NCBI GenBank assembly: GCA_963808625.1
Contig: CAWEHK010000008.1
Location: 160,001-224,000 of the forward strand
DNA length: 64,000 bases
From: an uncultured delta proteobacterium
Lineage (GTDB): Bacteria; Desulfobacterota; Syntrophobacteria; Syntrophobacterales; Syntrophobacteraceae
Direction of reading: 5' to 3'
In this document: positions 55,401-64,000 of the stretch, piece by piece
Position numbering within the stretch: position 1 is the stretch's first letter
Layout: each line of letters opens with the position of its first letter
Notes under the pieces: model-generated
The model's database searches: none
What the model saw: only the letters and a program-made list of their open reading frames with translations
Told to the model about the DNA's origin: nothing
Program-made: the position numbers and the translations under genes

Positions 55401-57731
55401 TTAACAGGTGAACTCAATTTCTTCTTCAGGGCACTCCAGCGGGAGGGTGATCGTAAAGAGGGCGCCGCCCGCGTGAGCATTCTTGACCTCGATGGTCCCT
55501 CCGTGTTGTTGAATGATCCCGTAGACGACGGACAGACCAAGGCCGGTGCCCTCTCCCGGCCGTTTCGTGGTAAAGAAAGGCTCGAATATTTTGTCCATGA
55601 TTTCGGAGGGGATGCCCGGACCCGTATCGGCAATTTGCAGGCTGACTTCCTCACATTCCGGATCGAACCTGCTGGTGATGACGATCTTGCCCTTGCCGTT
55701 CATGGCGACCCCGGCATTGATAATGAGATTCGTGAAAACCTGCTGAAACTGACCCGGATCACCCGTCATCTGGGGAATATCGGGTTGGAGATCGATCACA
55801 AAATCGACATCCTGAAAAAGCGATTGGCGAGCCAACAGCTCGGCGGAACGGTTGATCACAAGGTTGATGTCGAAAGGAACTCTCTGGCCCACAGACTGTC
55901 GGCTGAACTCCAACAAACGGGTAACGATTTCCTTGCAGCGCAGGGTCTGATCAACGATCTCCTGCAGGTCTTCGCGCCACTGAGGGTTGGGCTCAAGCTC
56001 TTTCATCAGCATGTCGGCGTAGAGCAAAATGCCGGAGAGCGGGTTATTGATTTCGTGAGCGACACCAGCTGCCAATCTTCCGACCGAGGCGATTTTTTCG
56101 GCCTGCATCAATTGAATTTTGGCTTCCTCGAGCTCCCTGCGTATTCGCAACCGTTCCCGGAGGTCGGAGAAGATACCGACGCTGCCGATTTCACGCTCAT
56201 TTTGCTTGATGAGGGCCGCGGAGAAGTTTACCGGCACTTCCTCGCCCGATTTGGTCACAAGAATTATCCGCAAAGAAGTGGCCTTGCCGGGTACGCCATA
56301 ATCCTTGCTGCGCATCCGCCGCATGATTACCTTTGCGACTTCCTCGCTGCAGATGTTGAACGACATGAGGGGATGATCGACCAACTCTTCTGCGCTATAA
56401 CCCAGAATCCTTTCGGCTGCTTCATTGAAAATTAATACTTTCCCTTCATTGTCGAGGACCATTATACCATCAGCGGAACTCCTGATAATGTTAGTGAGAA
56501 AGCTGTTAGTGTTGTGGAGTTGCCGCTCGATCTCAATGTGCTTTGTCAAATCGTGGAAAAACATGTAGGTTATCGCGCTCTTGCCAATACGAGACACGAT
56601 CATGCAGGTTTCAAGGACACGATGCTCCTGCTGGGGGACCTTCGCCGGCTGGATGGTGCTGCAAAAGAGCAATTGCTGAGGGTTTTCCGGGTCAACTTTC
56701 TGCATTAAATCGTCTATAATGTTAAGGTGCTGCAATGGGAGTAAGGCGCTGAGGTCTTTGCCAATAAGCTCATCTTCAGGTTGCTCCAGGATCTCGGCCA
56801 TCTTTGAGTTGGCAAAAATCACTCGCCGGCTCTCGTCAGCCATGAGGATTCCTTCCTGAGTAATCTCAGTGAGCACCCTGAACTTCTCTTCCGCTTCCAG
56901 GAGCGGGGTAATATCCCTCATTGCTTCAAAGCCGCCAATCACCCCCTGCTCCGCGTCAGTCAGCATGGTGGCATGAGCCGCTACCGGGATTCTCCTGCCC
57001 TCCCGATCCTGGATGGTGAAGCGAAGCCCGGCAAGGGGCTTCATGGTCTCCATCGCATACTTGATGGCACACCTTTTCGTATGGCAGTGATCGGTTCGGA
57101 GCAGTTCAGCACAGGTCATCCTGTTCACCACTTCGCTTTTACTGTACCCCGTAAGTCTCTCGAGGTGATGGTTCATGTAGGTGATCGTCAGGTCTTTATT
57201 CACAGTGAAAAAGGGCATGGGGAAGTTATTGATGATGCTGGAGGATATAGGACCCATGAGATGATTTCCCGCCCCGGCGAGAGCCGCTGGCGCGTCGCGC
57301 AGAATGGCCAGGCGCCACGCAGGTCCCCCCTCTTTGCTGCTCGCCAATTGGGTGGAAAGTGAAAAGGGCAGCCAGTCCCCCGAAAGACGTTTGAGTTGTA
57401 CCGGAACGTCTTTTAAGCTGTGGTTTTCGAGAAATCGATCGAGCAGAGATCCCGGGGCATCGCCGACATCCGTGCGCAAAAGATCAGCGCAAAGGAGAGG
57501 GCTTTCTTCCGTACCAGTTTTGCCCGTCAGGCGTTGTGCAGAATCATTCAGATATACGATTCTGCACAGCACGTCCATTACCATGACCGGGTCGGGGAAA
57601 CCATCGAAACAGCGCCGGAAAAATTCCAGATCCAAAATCTCAGGACAGGTCGCGACAATCGCGTCAGACCCGGCTTCCGCTGCGGTTGAGGCAGGCTCGG
57701 AGCTCATCTTCTTTGTCCTCATCAGGCGCAC
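55401..57731 (-). CDS. Cytoplasmic multi-PAS sensor histidine kinase (NtrB-like)
   Basis: About 4 PAS repeats; [22 protein letters not shown]. Confidence 0.92.
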   Translation of the reverse strand: MRLMRTKKMSSEPASTAAEAGSDAIVATCPEILDLEFFRRCFDGFPDPVMVMDVLCRIVYLNDSAQRLTGKTGTEESPLLCADLLRTDVGDAPGSLLDRFLENHSLKDVPVQLKRLSGDWLPFSLSTQLASSKEGGPAWRLAILRDAPAALAGAGNHLMGPISSSIINNFPMPFFTVNKDLTITYMNHHLERLTGYSKSEVVNRMTCAELLRTDHCHTKRCAIKYAMETMKPLAGLRFTIQDREGRRIPVAAHATMLTDAEQGVIGGFEAMRDITPLLEAEEKFRVLTEITQEGILMADESRRVIFANSKMAEILEQPEDELIGKDLSALLPLQHLNIIDDLMQKVDPENPQQLLFCSTIQPAKVPQQEHRVLETCMIVSRIGKSAITYMFFHDLTKHIEIERQLHNTNSFLTNIIRSSADGIMVLDNEGKVLIFNEAAERILGYSAEELVDHPLMSFNICSEEVAKVIMRRMRSKDYGVPGKATSLRIILVTKSGEEVPVNFSAALIKQNEREIGSVGIFSDLRERLRIRRELEEAKIQLMQAEKIASVGRLAAGVAHEINNPLSGILLYADMLMKELEPNPQWREDLQEIVDQTLRCKEIVTRLLEFSRQSVGQRVPFDINLVINRSAELLARQSLFQDVDFVIDLQPDIPQMTGDPGQFQQVFTNLIINAGVAMNGKGKIVITSRFDPECEEVSLQIADTGPGIPSEIMDKIFEPFFTTKRPGEGTGLGLSVVYGIIQQHGGTIEVKNAHAGGALFTITLPLECPEEEIEFTC

Positions 57732-57899
57732 ACGTGTCGCCTTGTTCTCCCGGAGACTTTTCGATCCGGTGACTGGAGGCGACAGGAGCGACGGGAATTT
57801 CGATGCTAGAGTATTCTAATCAACACCTACAGGGGCTGTCAGGCTAACCATGTCCTTATACCGTAAAAGCCGGGAGGAGCGAAGCATAAAAATTCGTTG

Positions 57900-58061
57900 G
57901 AGGAGACAGAAGTCAGAGACAGGAGTTGGAGTCAGAAGTCAGGAGACAGAAGTCAAGAGAAGGAGTCAGGAGTCGGGAGTACGGAGGCTGAAATCGGAAG
58001 TCAGAGTACAAAATGATTTCTTCGTGTGACTTCGTTGTCCTTCGTGTGACTTCGTGGATGA
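57900..58061 (+). repeat. Composite heptamer plus TTCGTG tail element
   Basis: aggagacagaagtcag...aaatgatttcttcgtgtgacttcgttgtccttcgtgtgacttcgtggatga. Confidence 0.75.
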
Positions 58062-58195
58062 CTTGTGGATAGATTTATTCACGTGAATGCCTGGGCTTTG
58101 CGCCTCGCGTGAGTCCGGGCTCAGGACGTTCCGCGGCTACATAACGAGTGAAGAGAAAGGAAAAAGGATCGCCAGAAGGGGAATGAGATAAAGCG

Positions 58196-58696
58196 TCAGG
58201 TAAAAAAAATCATCACCTCATTTTCAATGGCTTTTACTTCCGTCATCGGCAATGCCAGGCGGATGATTCTACCCTTTTCTTTGAAAAACACCGACGCATA
58301 AAACATATCCGCATTCAGTGTTTCACTGTAGCGGACAGCGGTTGCAGACCCAACAGCGATAGCCCGCTGGATCTCCGGCCGGTCCATACGGTTCTCACCA
58401 ACAATGGCATCGTCGGTGGAATCGCCAAGCACACTGCCATCCATCTCGATTACGGTGATGCGCACCTGTGCCGCATCCTGGTACTGCCGACACCAGGCGA
58501 CGAGAATGGCAGGATCTGAGGTATCGGGCAGCACGCTCGCCAAGACCTTTGCCAGAGTGAAAACCTGTTTTTCGAGTTGGTCCTTCAGTTTCTCTTTCAA
58601 CTGCATCTGCAGGACAAAGCCGGCCATGGTCACCAGGATTACGAAAAGAGCAGAGGAAATAAGGTAGAATTTCCATATGCGGCTCAGTCTTATCAT
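58196..58696 (-). pseudogene. PhoR-like N-terminal sensor domain without kinase domain
   Basis: TM1, RITVIEMDGSVLGDS...ENRMDRPEI...RYSETLNADMFY...RLALP; no HisKA follows. Confidence 0.6.
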
Positions 58697-58725
58697 ACCG
58701 TCCTCCCATGCGATGGTCAGAATAG

Positions 58726-59706
58726 CTAAGGGCCATTTCCGAGGGTCTGTGAGACTTGCCGAAGGAAAGTAGTTAGCGTCTCAATTCGGTCGAACCTGAT
58801 AAACAGGTATGCCAGAAGCGCTGCTGACGCCGGTGCCGAAATCCAGCCCACACCAATCTTTGTAAGCATTTTGCGGCTGACCGTTTGGACGTCGCCGGCG
58901 ATCCCGATGCCCACTACCGCACCGACGATGGCCTGGGAAGAAGACACCGGCACCCCCAACTGGGTAAAGAGGTGCATGGTGAGTGCTCCGGCCAATACAG
59001 CCACAAGCGCGGAAAATGGATCAAGAGGGGCAATGCCCTTGCCGATCGTCACCATCACCTTCTTGCTGTAGGTGAGTACGCCGCTGGCGATACTCAACCC
59101 TCCGATAAGGGATGCCGCCTCAGCGGTCAGCATGTGGGCACCAACATAGACACCCGTGACGTTGGCAACATTATTGGAACCCAGACAATAAGCCCCGTAG
59201 CATCCGGTAAGGATAGTCCCAGCGGTATAAATCAGGTTGCGCTGAGTGATGTTGCTGGTGGCTCTATCAAGAAGGTATCCGAGAAGACGATAGAGGGCAT
59301 AGCTTGCGAAGACGGCAAAAAATGGCGTGAAAACCCAACAGGCGACAATCTTGTAGAGCTTCGAAAAATCCGCTGATCCCGAAAAGATGCCGGCCCCGAT
59401 GACCGCCCCGATGATGGCCTGAGAAGCGGAACCGGGAAAGGAGAGGACGGTGAGAAGGGTCATCATGATAGCGGCCGCCAGGGCACAGTAGAAGGCATCG
59501 AGAGGGGTCAGACGGGAAAGGGCGCCGACCGTGCGCATGCACTTCGGGCCTTCAAGGAAAGCACCCAGGATCACGAACACTGCCGTTAACGCGATCGCCA
59601 TGCGATAACTGACAGTCCCGGTCGCAACCCCCGTGCCGAATACATTCGCGGTATGATTGGCGCCAAGGCTCCAACCAAGAAGAAGACCGCTCGACACCAT
59701 CCACAT
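58726..59706 (-). CDS. PiT-family inorganic phosphate transporter
   Basis: GANHTANVFGT, SASQAIIGA, GSNNVAN, PVSSSQAIVGA. Confidence 0.88.
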   Translation of the reverse strand: MWMVSSGLLLGWSLGANHTANVFGTGVATGTVSYRMAIALTAVFVILGAFLEGPKCMRTVGALSRLTPLDAFYCALAAAIMMTLLTVLSFPGSASQAIIGAVIGAGIFSGSADFSKLYKIVACWVFTPFFAVFASYALYRLLGYLLDRATSNITQRNLIYTAGTILTGCYGAYCLGSNNVANVTGVYVGAHMLTAEAASLIGGLSIASGVLTYSKKVMVTIGKGIAPLDPFSALVAVLAGALTMHLFTQLGVPVSSSQAIVGAVVGIGIAGDVQTVSRKMLTKIGVGWISAPASAALLAYLFIRFDRIETLTTFLRQVSQTLGNGP

Positions 59707-59774
59707 GCTCTACATCGTCCTCAGTCGCAACCCGACATCGAAATCCCAAATCCCTCCAAAAGCTCTCCACTAAG

Positions 59775-59932
59775 CCACACGAAGATTAACGAAGACACAC
59801 GAATTGAATTGACTGCCCAACAATCCAACATCCAAAATCCAACATCCAAAATCCAACCTCCGAAATCCAACCTCCGAAATCCAACCTCCAAAATCCGAAA
59901 TCCGACATCCGAAATCCGACATCCGAAATCCA
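59775..59932 (-). repeat. Heptamer tract (GGATTTC/GGATGTT) plus TTCGTG tail
   Basis: (aatccaa/catccaa/aatccga)n next to ccacacgaagattaacgaagacacacgaa. Confidence 0.75.
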
Positions 59933-59933
59933 T

Positions 59934-60564
59934 CTACCGGGTGCTTAAATTGAGAATCTGAAGATGGTCACTGGCGTCTTCGATGATGTCGCTGATCGAG
60001 GTCAGGCCTGAGATCAAATCGGACAACATCTTTCCCGACCAGAAGTCGGCCACCCCCACCTGCTGGGCCTGACTGATAATATCGAACTTCATGTCGTCAA
60101 TTTTTTTCTCATAAATTCTTATGGCAAGGGTTTTCTCACGGAGGTCCTCACCTTCGAGCATGGCCTCAAAAGTGATTAACAGCATCTCACACATGCGGAA
60201 ATTCAGGAGAGCTACCCGGACGCACTCGTTGCGCAAGGGTTCAGGGAGGTCTGTGTCCAGGTAATAGGTGGCCGTATCCTTGAGGAGATCGAAGACCTCG
60301 TCGACGACTTCCACGAACTTGCACAGGTCCGGGCGCAGGTAGGGTAGAAATGCTCCCTCGTAGATGTGGGAAATCACTTGCTCTCCTCACCGAGTCGCCT
60401 TGGCGCTCCAAGTCGATTACCTCACGCATGAGGTTCGTGTCCTGTTTCTCCAGGGCCGCTTTGAAGGTATTGCAGGCGTCGCAGAGGAGCTGAATATGCC
60501 TTCTCATATCTTCCGTGACATCCCGCTCCTTTTTGCCAAACTGCAATAATCTCTCAAAAATCAT
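59934..60564 (-). CDS. DUF47/PhoU-like phosphate transport regulator (frameshift near 60380)
   Basis: LERQGDSVRR/ISHIYEGAFLPYLRPD...YEKKIDD...ISDIIEDASD; adjacent to the PiT gene. Confidence 0.85.
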
Positions 60565-60967
60565 GGTTCCCCCTCGCTCTGTTGATCAATTCGGCAGCCA
60601 TGATATCGAGCAGGGAAACCACCCCGATCACCTTTTCCCCATCGCAGACGAAGAGTCTGGCTATATTCGACTTTTCCATGAGTGTCGCAGCATCCTCGAT
60701 GTCCATCTGCTCGTCGATACAGACGATGGGCTTTGACGCAATTTCCGAGACTTTGACATTCTTGGGATTGATGCCCTTGGCAAGCACCTTGAAGACGATG
60801 TCCCTCGCCGTCACCACACCGTCAATGGACGTTTTCCCGGATTTTCGGATCACCTTGACGGCCAGCGAGCGAAGGTGCTGGTCCACCATGATCTCCACGG
60901 CGTCATACACCGTCCTGTCGGCGTCAATCGACTCCACCTTTGTGCTCATAAACTCATGAATCTGCAT
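60554..60967 (-). CDS. CBS-pair protein
   Basis: FMSTKVESID, GVVTARDI, IGVVSLLDI. Confidence 0.88.
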   Translation of the reverse strand: MQIHEFMSTKVESIDADRTVYDAVEIMVDQHLRSLAVKVIRKSGKTSIDGVVTARDIVFKVLAKGINPKNVKVSEIASKPIVCIDEQMDIEDAATLMEKSNIARLFVCDGEKVIGVVSLLDIMAAELINRARGNHDF

Positions 60968-61171
60968 TCCTTTACCTCCATCTGGCAGGAAACAAGATGT
61001 GATTGCTTGCAGTCATTGAGGTCGTCACCGGAGTGGTCCATGGTGTGGCAAATCATACTCCACCAAATCACAACGCATCAAGCCATTTGGTCGCGGGTGC
61101 GGTCTTTTTCCGGCAGATTGAAGGTTCCTGGTCCTCACTCACCCCGGCACCTCGTAAAGCACCGCAGAATA

Positions 61172-61289
61172 GAGTGCCCTTGATCTCGCGATGTCATTCC
61201 CGTACGTTCTTCGCGGGGATCCAGGGAATTCGCAGGGCCTGGATTCCCCCCCAGAAGCGCGAAGGAATGACGATTCGAATTCGGACACC
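61172..61289. repeat. GTGTCC...GGACAC family element at the 3' end of the spermidine-synthase-like remnant
   Basis: gtcattcccg...gggatccag...ctggattccc...ggaatgacg. Confidence 0.65.
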
Positions 61290-61749
61290 GATCTGTAAGG
61301 ACCCAGTCGGCGTCGAAGACAAGCCGATCATCATGCTCCTGTGTGGTGATTCGCAGGTTCCTGTAACCGAAATGTCGTGACAGCCCCTCGACCACGGGAA
61401 CCAGATGCAGGTGCCGATTGGTGATATGGACCGCGAGGACACCTCCCGGGGCAAGATGGCACCGGGAGAGTGCAAATGCTTCCCGCGTGAGCAGACGCAA
61501 CGGGATGGCGGCACTGCTGAAGGCGTCGACAACAAGGACATCAAAGTTCGGCGGCGCTTCCCGCTCCAGCGACACCCGACCGTCTCCCGGAACCACTTCG
61601 CACGTTCCGCGGCAATCCGCCAAATATGTGCAATATTGTCGAGCCAGGCGCAGGACTTCCGGGTTGATCTCATCGAACCGGTACTCGTCTCCCGGTCCGG
61701 CATAAGCGGCGAGAGTCCCGACGCCCAAACCTGCCGCCCCCAGGCGCAT
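61290..61749 (-). pseudogene. Remnant of a spermidine-synthase-like methyltransferase domain
   Basis: GLGVGTLAAY, EINPEV, GDGRVSLE, FDVLVVDAFSS, GGVLAVHITNR; N-terminal membrane part absent. Confidence 0.75.
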
Positions 61750-62717
61750 GACGCCGTGTTCCTATGATGTTTTCCCTGGAACTGAGAACAGAACAAGGAT
61801 ATCACGCTGATGGCATGGGATACAGTCAGGTTACAGCGAGATTGACCCCAAAAACAAAGACTAAAGTCCGGCAGCACATAGGGTTCCTCCATTGGGTGCT
61901 TCGATGGCCGGGGCCTTCCATCGGTTCATGGTGATTTCTGGAATGTCTATGATTTCTGTCGTCTATCAGTTCTTGACTTGGAAGACGAGTTCTTGTATTT
62001 TTCACCCCGCGAAACCATTTCGCCAATCTCTCATTCGCATTCTGGATGGATTTACTTACGATACAGTGTGTCTCCTTGCGCCTCTAACGGCCAGGGTGTT
62101 TCAAGTCTTCTCATTCGCCGCTCCGGTGAGGGTGGGGCGTATCGCGCGGTCAGGGTTTCATGGCGCACGAATACAGTGCGCCAGTGTCTATTGATCTTAT
62201 GAAAGGAGGTTTTTCAAGAGACAAACGGTTCCATGTGAGAGGGTCCCGTGTTCCCATGAGAAAAGATCGCTGCTTGCTGATGCGCCAGGTTGAAATTCCT
62301 GCTTTTGATTCCTCCCGATCTGTTCGATCTTGGTCTTGCCTAATCGCTGAATCCTCAGGCAGTTTGCAGACTACCTCCGCTATGGACCGACGATGCCGGC
62401 AGAGGTATTTGACGGATCCCCCGAGGGTGTCTGTTCGTAATCAAAGCAGCCCTCTCGCGCCTATTTTGCTCGCACGTATGAACGGTTCTTTCGCTTGCGT
62501 TGATGCTGGGCTGGAATAACCCTTTCATCATGAAAGGGCTCTCAACTGATCAGGGAGTACCTGTCAAGAAATGTGGCGAAAACCAGAAGGCTTTTTCAGG
62601 CTCATGTTTGCGCCTTCATTCACAAAATCGCGGGAGGTGAACGACAGATCAGGGTTTGATAGCTATTGAAGAGGAATTTTTTCGCTTGAGTAAGGTATTC
62701 AAATGGAGGTTATCCGC

Positions 62718-63273
62718 ATGGCAGACAATCAAAAATCGCGAGGAGCCGTAAAATGTCTTTTCTGGACGGCTCTGGCACTTGTGTTAATCGGTTATGCCTG
62801 GTGGTCGTACACCTCGGGGCAGATGGTTGAATGGTACTATTTCAGGGCCAAGACGGACGGCTTTGCCGTCAACGCCAACACCTTCGCGGGATGCAACCAA
62901 GGAAAAGCCCATCTCCCTTGAAATCGGCAAATTCAATCCCCTTGAGGGACTGCAGGCGACTGCCGTGAAGAAAGGCGACCGGCTGCCCACCAACACCAAC
63001 GGCGTCATCAGCAAGAAGTTAGTGGAAGAGGGCAAGCGCGTCAAGCTCGACGGGGACAAGCTCGTGGTGATGATCCCCATGCAGATCCAGGAGGCGAGAG
63101 GCTTCAAGTTCAAGGACACCTTCAAGCACAAGGGCGTCGAGACCAACCCCTGGTCGGGGGTCTGGAATGTGTGCTGGATCCTTGCTCTCGGGGTGTGCCT
63201 GGGCTACAGCGCCGAGGGGATGACCGACATGTTCGGCCTGAAGCTCACCAAGATACAACACCATGGTCATTAA
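62718..63273 (+). CDS. Hypothetical membrane protein with two TM helices (frameshift near 62890)
   Basis: GGAGG RBS; N-terminal TM, soluble loop, C-terminal TM WNVCWILALGVCLGY. Confidence 0.6.
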
Positions 63274-63309
63274 GACCGGTTGCCTGAAATCTCACTGGAG
63301 GAGTTGGAC

Positions 63310-64000
63310 ATGTTTGAATTTACAATAGCTGGTGTTACAAGCCCCTGGTTTCTGCTGGTACTTACCGGGTTCACCGTGGGCATAGTGGGCGGCTTCATCG
63401 GGGTCGGCGGCGGCTACATGGTGACGCCGGCCCTCATCGTTTTCGGATTTCCGGGCTACATGGCCTCGGGCATCGACATGACGCATATCGCGGGTAAATC
63501 GGTCATTGCCACCGTCAGGCACCGGCAGATGGGCAACATCGACTGGGTCCTTGGTCTGGCCATGGTGGGCGGCACCATGTTGGGCGTGGAGATCGGCGTC
63601 ACTTTGCTCAGCTGGGCCAAGGCCCTGGGAATAGCCGGAGTTCTGCTCCTGATCTGCTCCCTGGTGGTCATGCTGAGTCTCTTCTTTTACACCCAGATTG
63701 AAACCGCCAAGGCTCAGAAGAAGATCCGGCAGGATTCCGCGGCGGGCATCGAGCACGGCCGAGAGGTCATGGTCAGCAAAGTCCCCATGTTTTTTCAAAA
63801 CATTCCCCTCTATCCCATCGTGCGCTGCCGCACCGCCCGCCTGGTCATCTCCATGTGGGTGATTGTCATCGTCGGCATCGTCACGGGGGTCCTTTCCGGC
63901 TTCCTGGGGGTCGGGGGCGGTTTCGTGCGCGTGCCGGCCCTGGTCTACATTGTGGGTGCGACCACCCACATCGCGGTGGGCACCGACCTGCTCGAGATTG
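63310..64000 (+). CDS. TauE/SafE-family sulfite/anion exporter (runs off the window)
   Basis: Manual: MFEFTIAG...GGFIGVGGGYMVTPAL...HRQMGNID...SGFLGVGGGFVRVPALVY; GGAGGAG RBS. Confidence 0.9.
   Translation, partial: MFEFTIAGVTSPWFLLVLTGFTVGIVGGFIGVGGGYMVTPALIVFGFPGYMASGIDMTHIAGKSVIATVRHRQMGNIDWVLGLAMVGGTMLGVEIGVTLLSWAKALGIAGVLLLICSLVVMLSLFFYTQIETAKAQKKIRQDSAAGIEHGREVMVSKVPMFFQNIPLYPIVRCRTARLVISMWVIVIVGIVTGVLSGFLGVGGGFVRVPALVYIVGATTHIAVGTDLLEI

Overview
The window looks like a GC-rich chromosomal segment of an anaerobic Desulfobacterota/Syntrophobacteria-like bacterium. Many genes carry single-base frameshifts that resemble long-read consensus errors. Left to right it contains: (1) a complex I-like operon (nuoE/hydC-like, nuoF/hydB-like, nuoA-B-C-D-H) with no nuoG in view, plus two-component genes; (2) a lipoprotein Fe-superoxide dismutase; (3) a recQ - dual-OB - DUF488 - DUF488 module; (4) a ~17 kb glycosylation locus with GT2s, a flippase, an FAD oxidoreductase, three radical SAM/SPASM enzymes, an STT3/PglB-like oligosaccharyltransferase with an altered WWDYG motif, and a vapBC cassette between direct repeats; (5) a 1.49 kb tandem duplication of a secreted Cys-rich protein with a long conserved leader, next to tRNA-Ala(CGC); (6) two paralogous hdrA(L)-mvhD-metV-metF modules whose MvhD subunits have in-frame UGA (selenocysteine) codons, plus a third divergent metF; (7) PAS kinases, a PiT/DUF47 phosphate locus and a TauE/SafE gene. 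Intergenic DNA is rich in MITE/REP-like and heptamer repeats. All family calls come from motifs recognised by eye; no searches were run.
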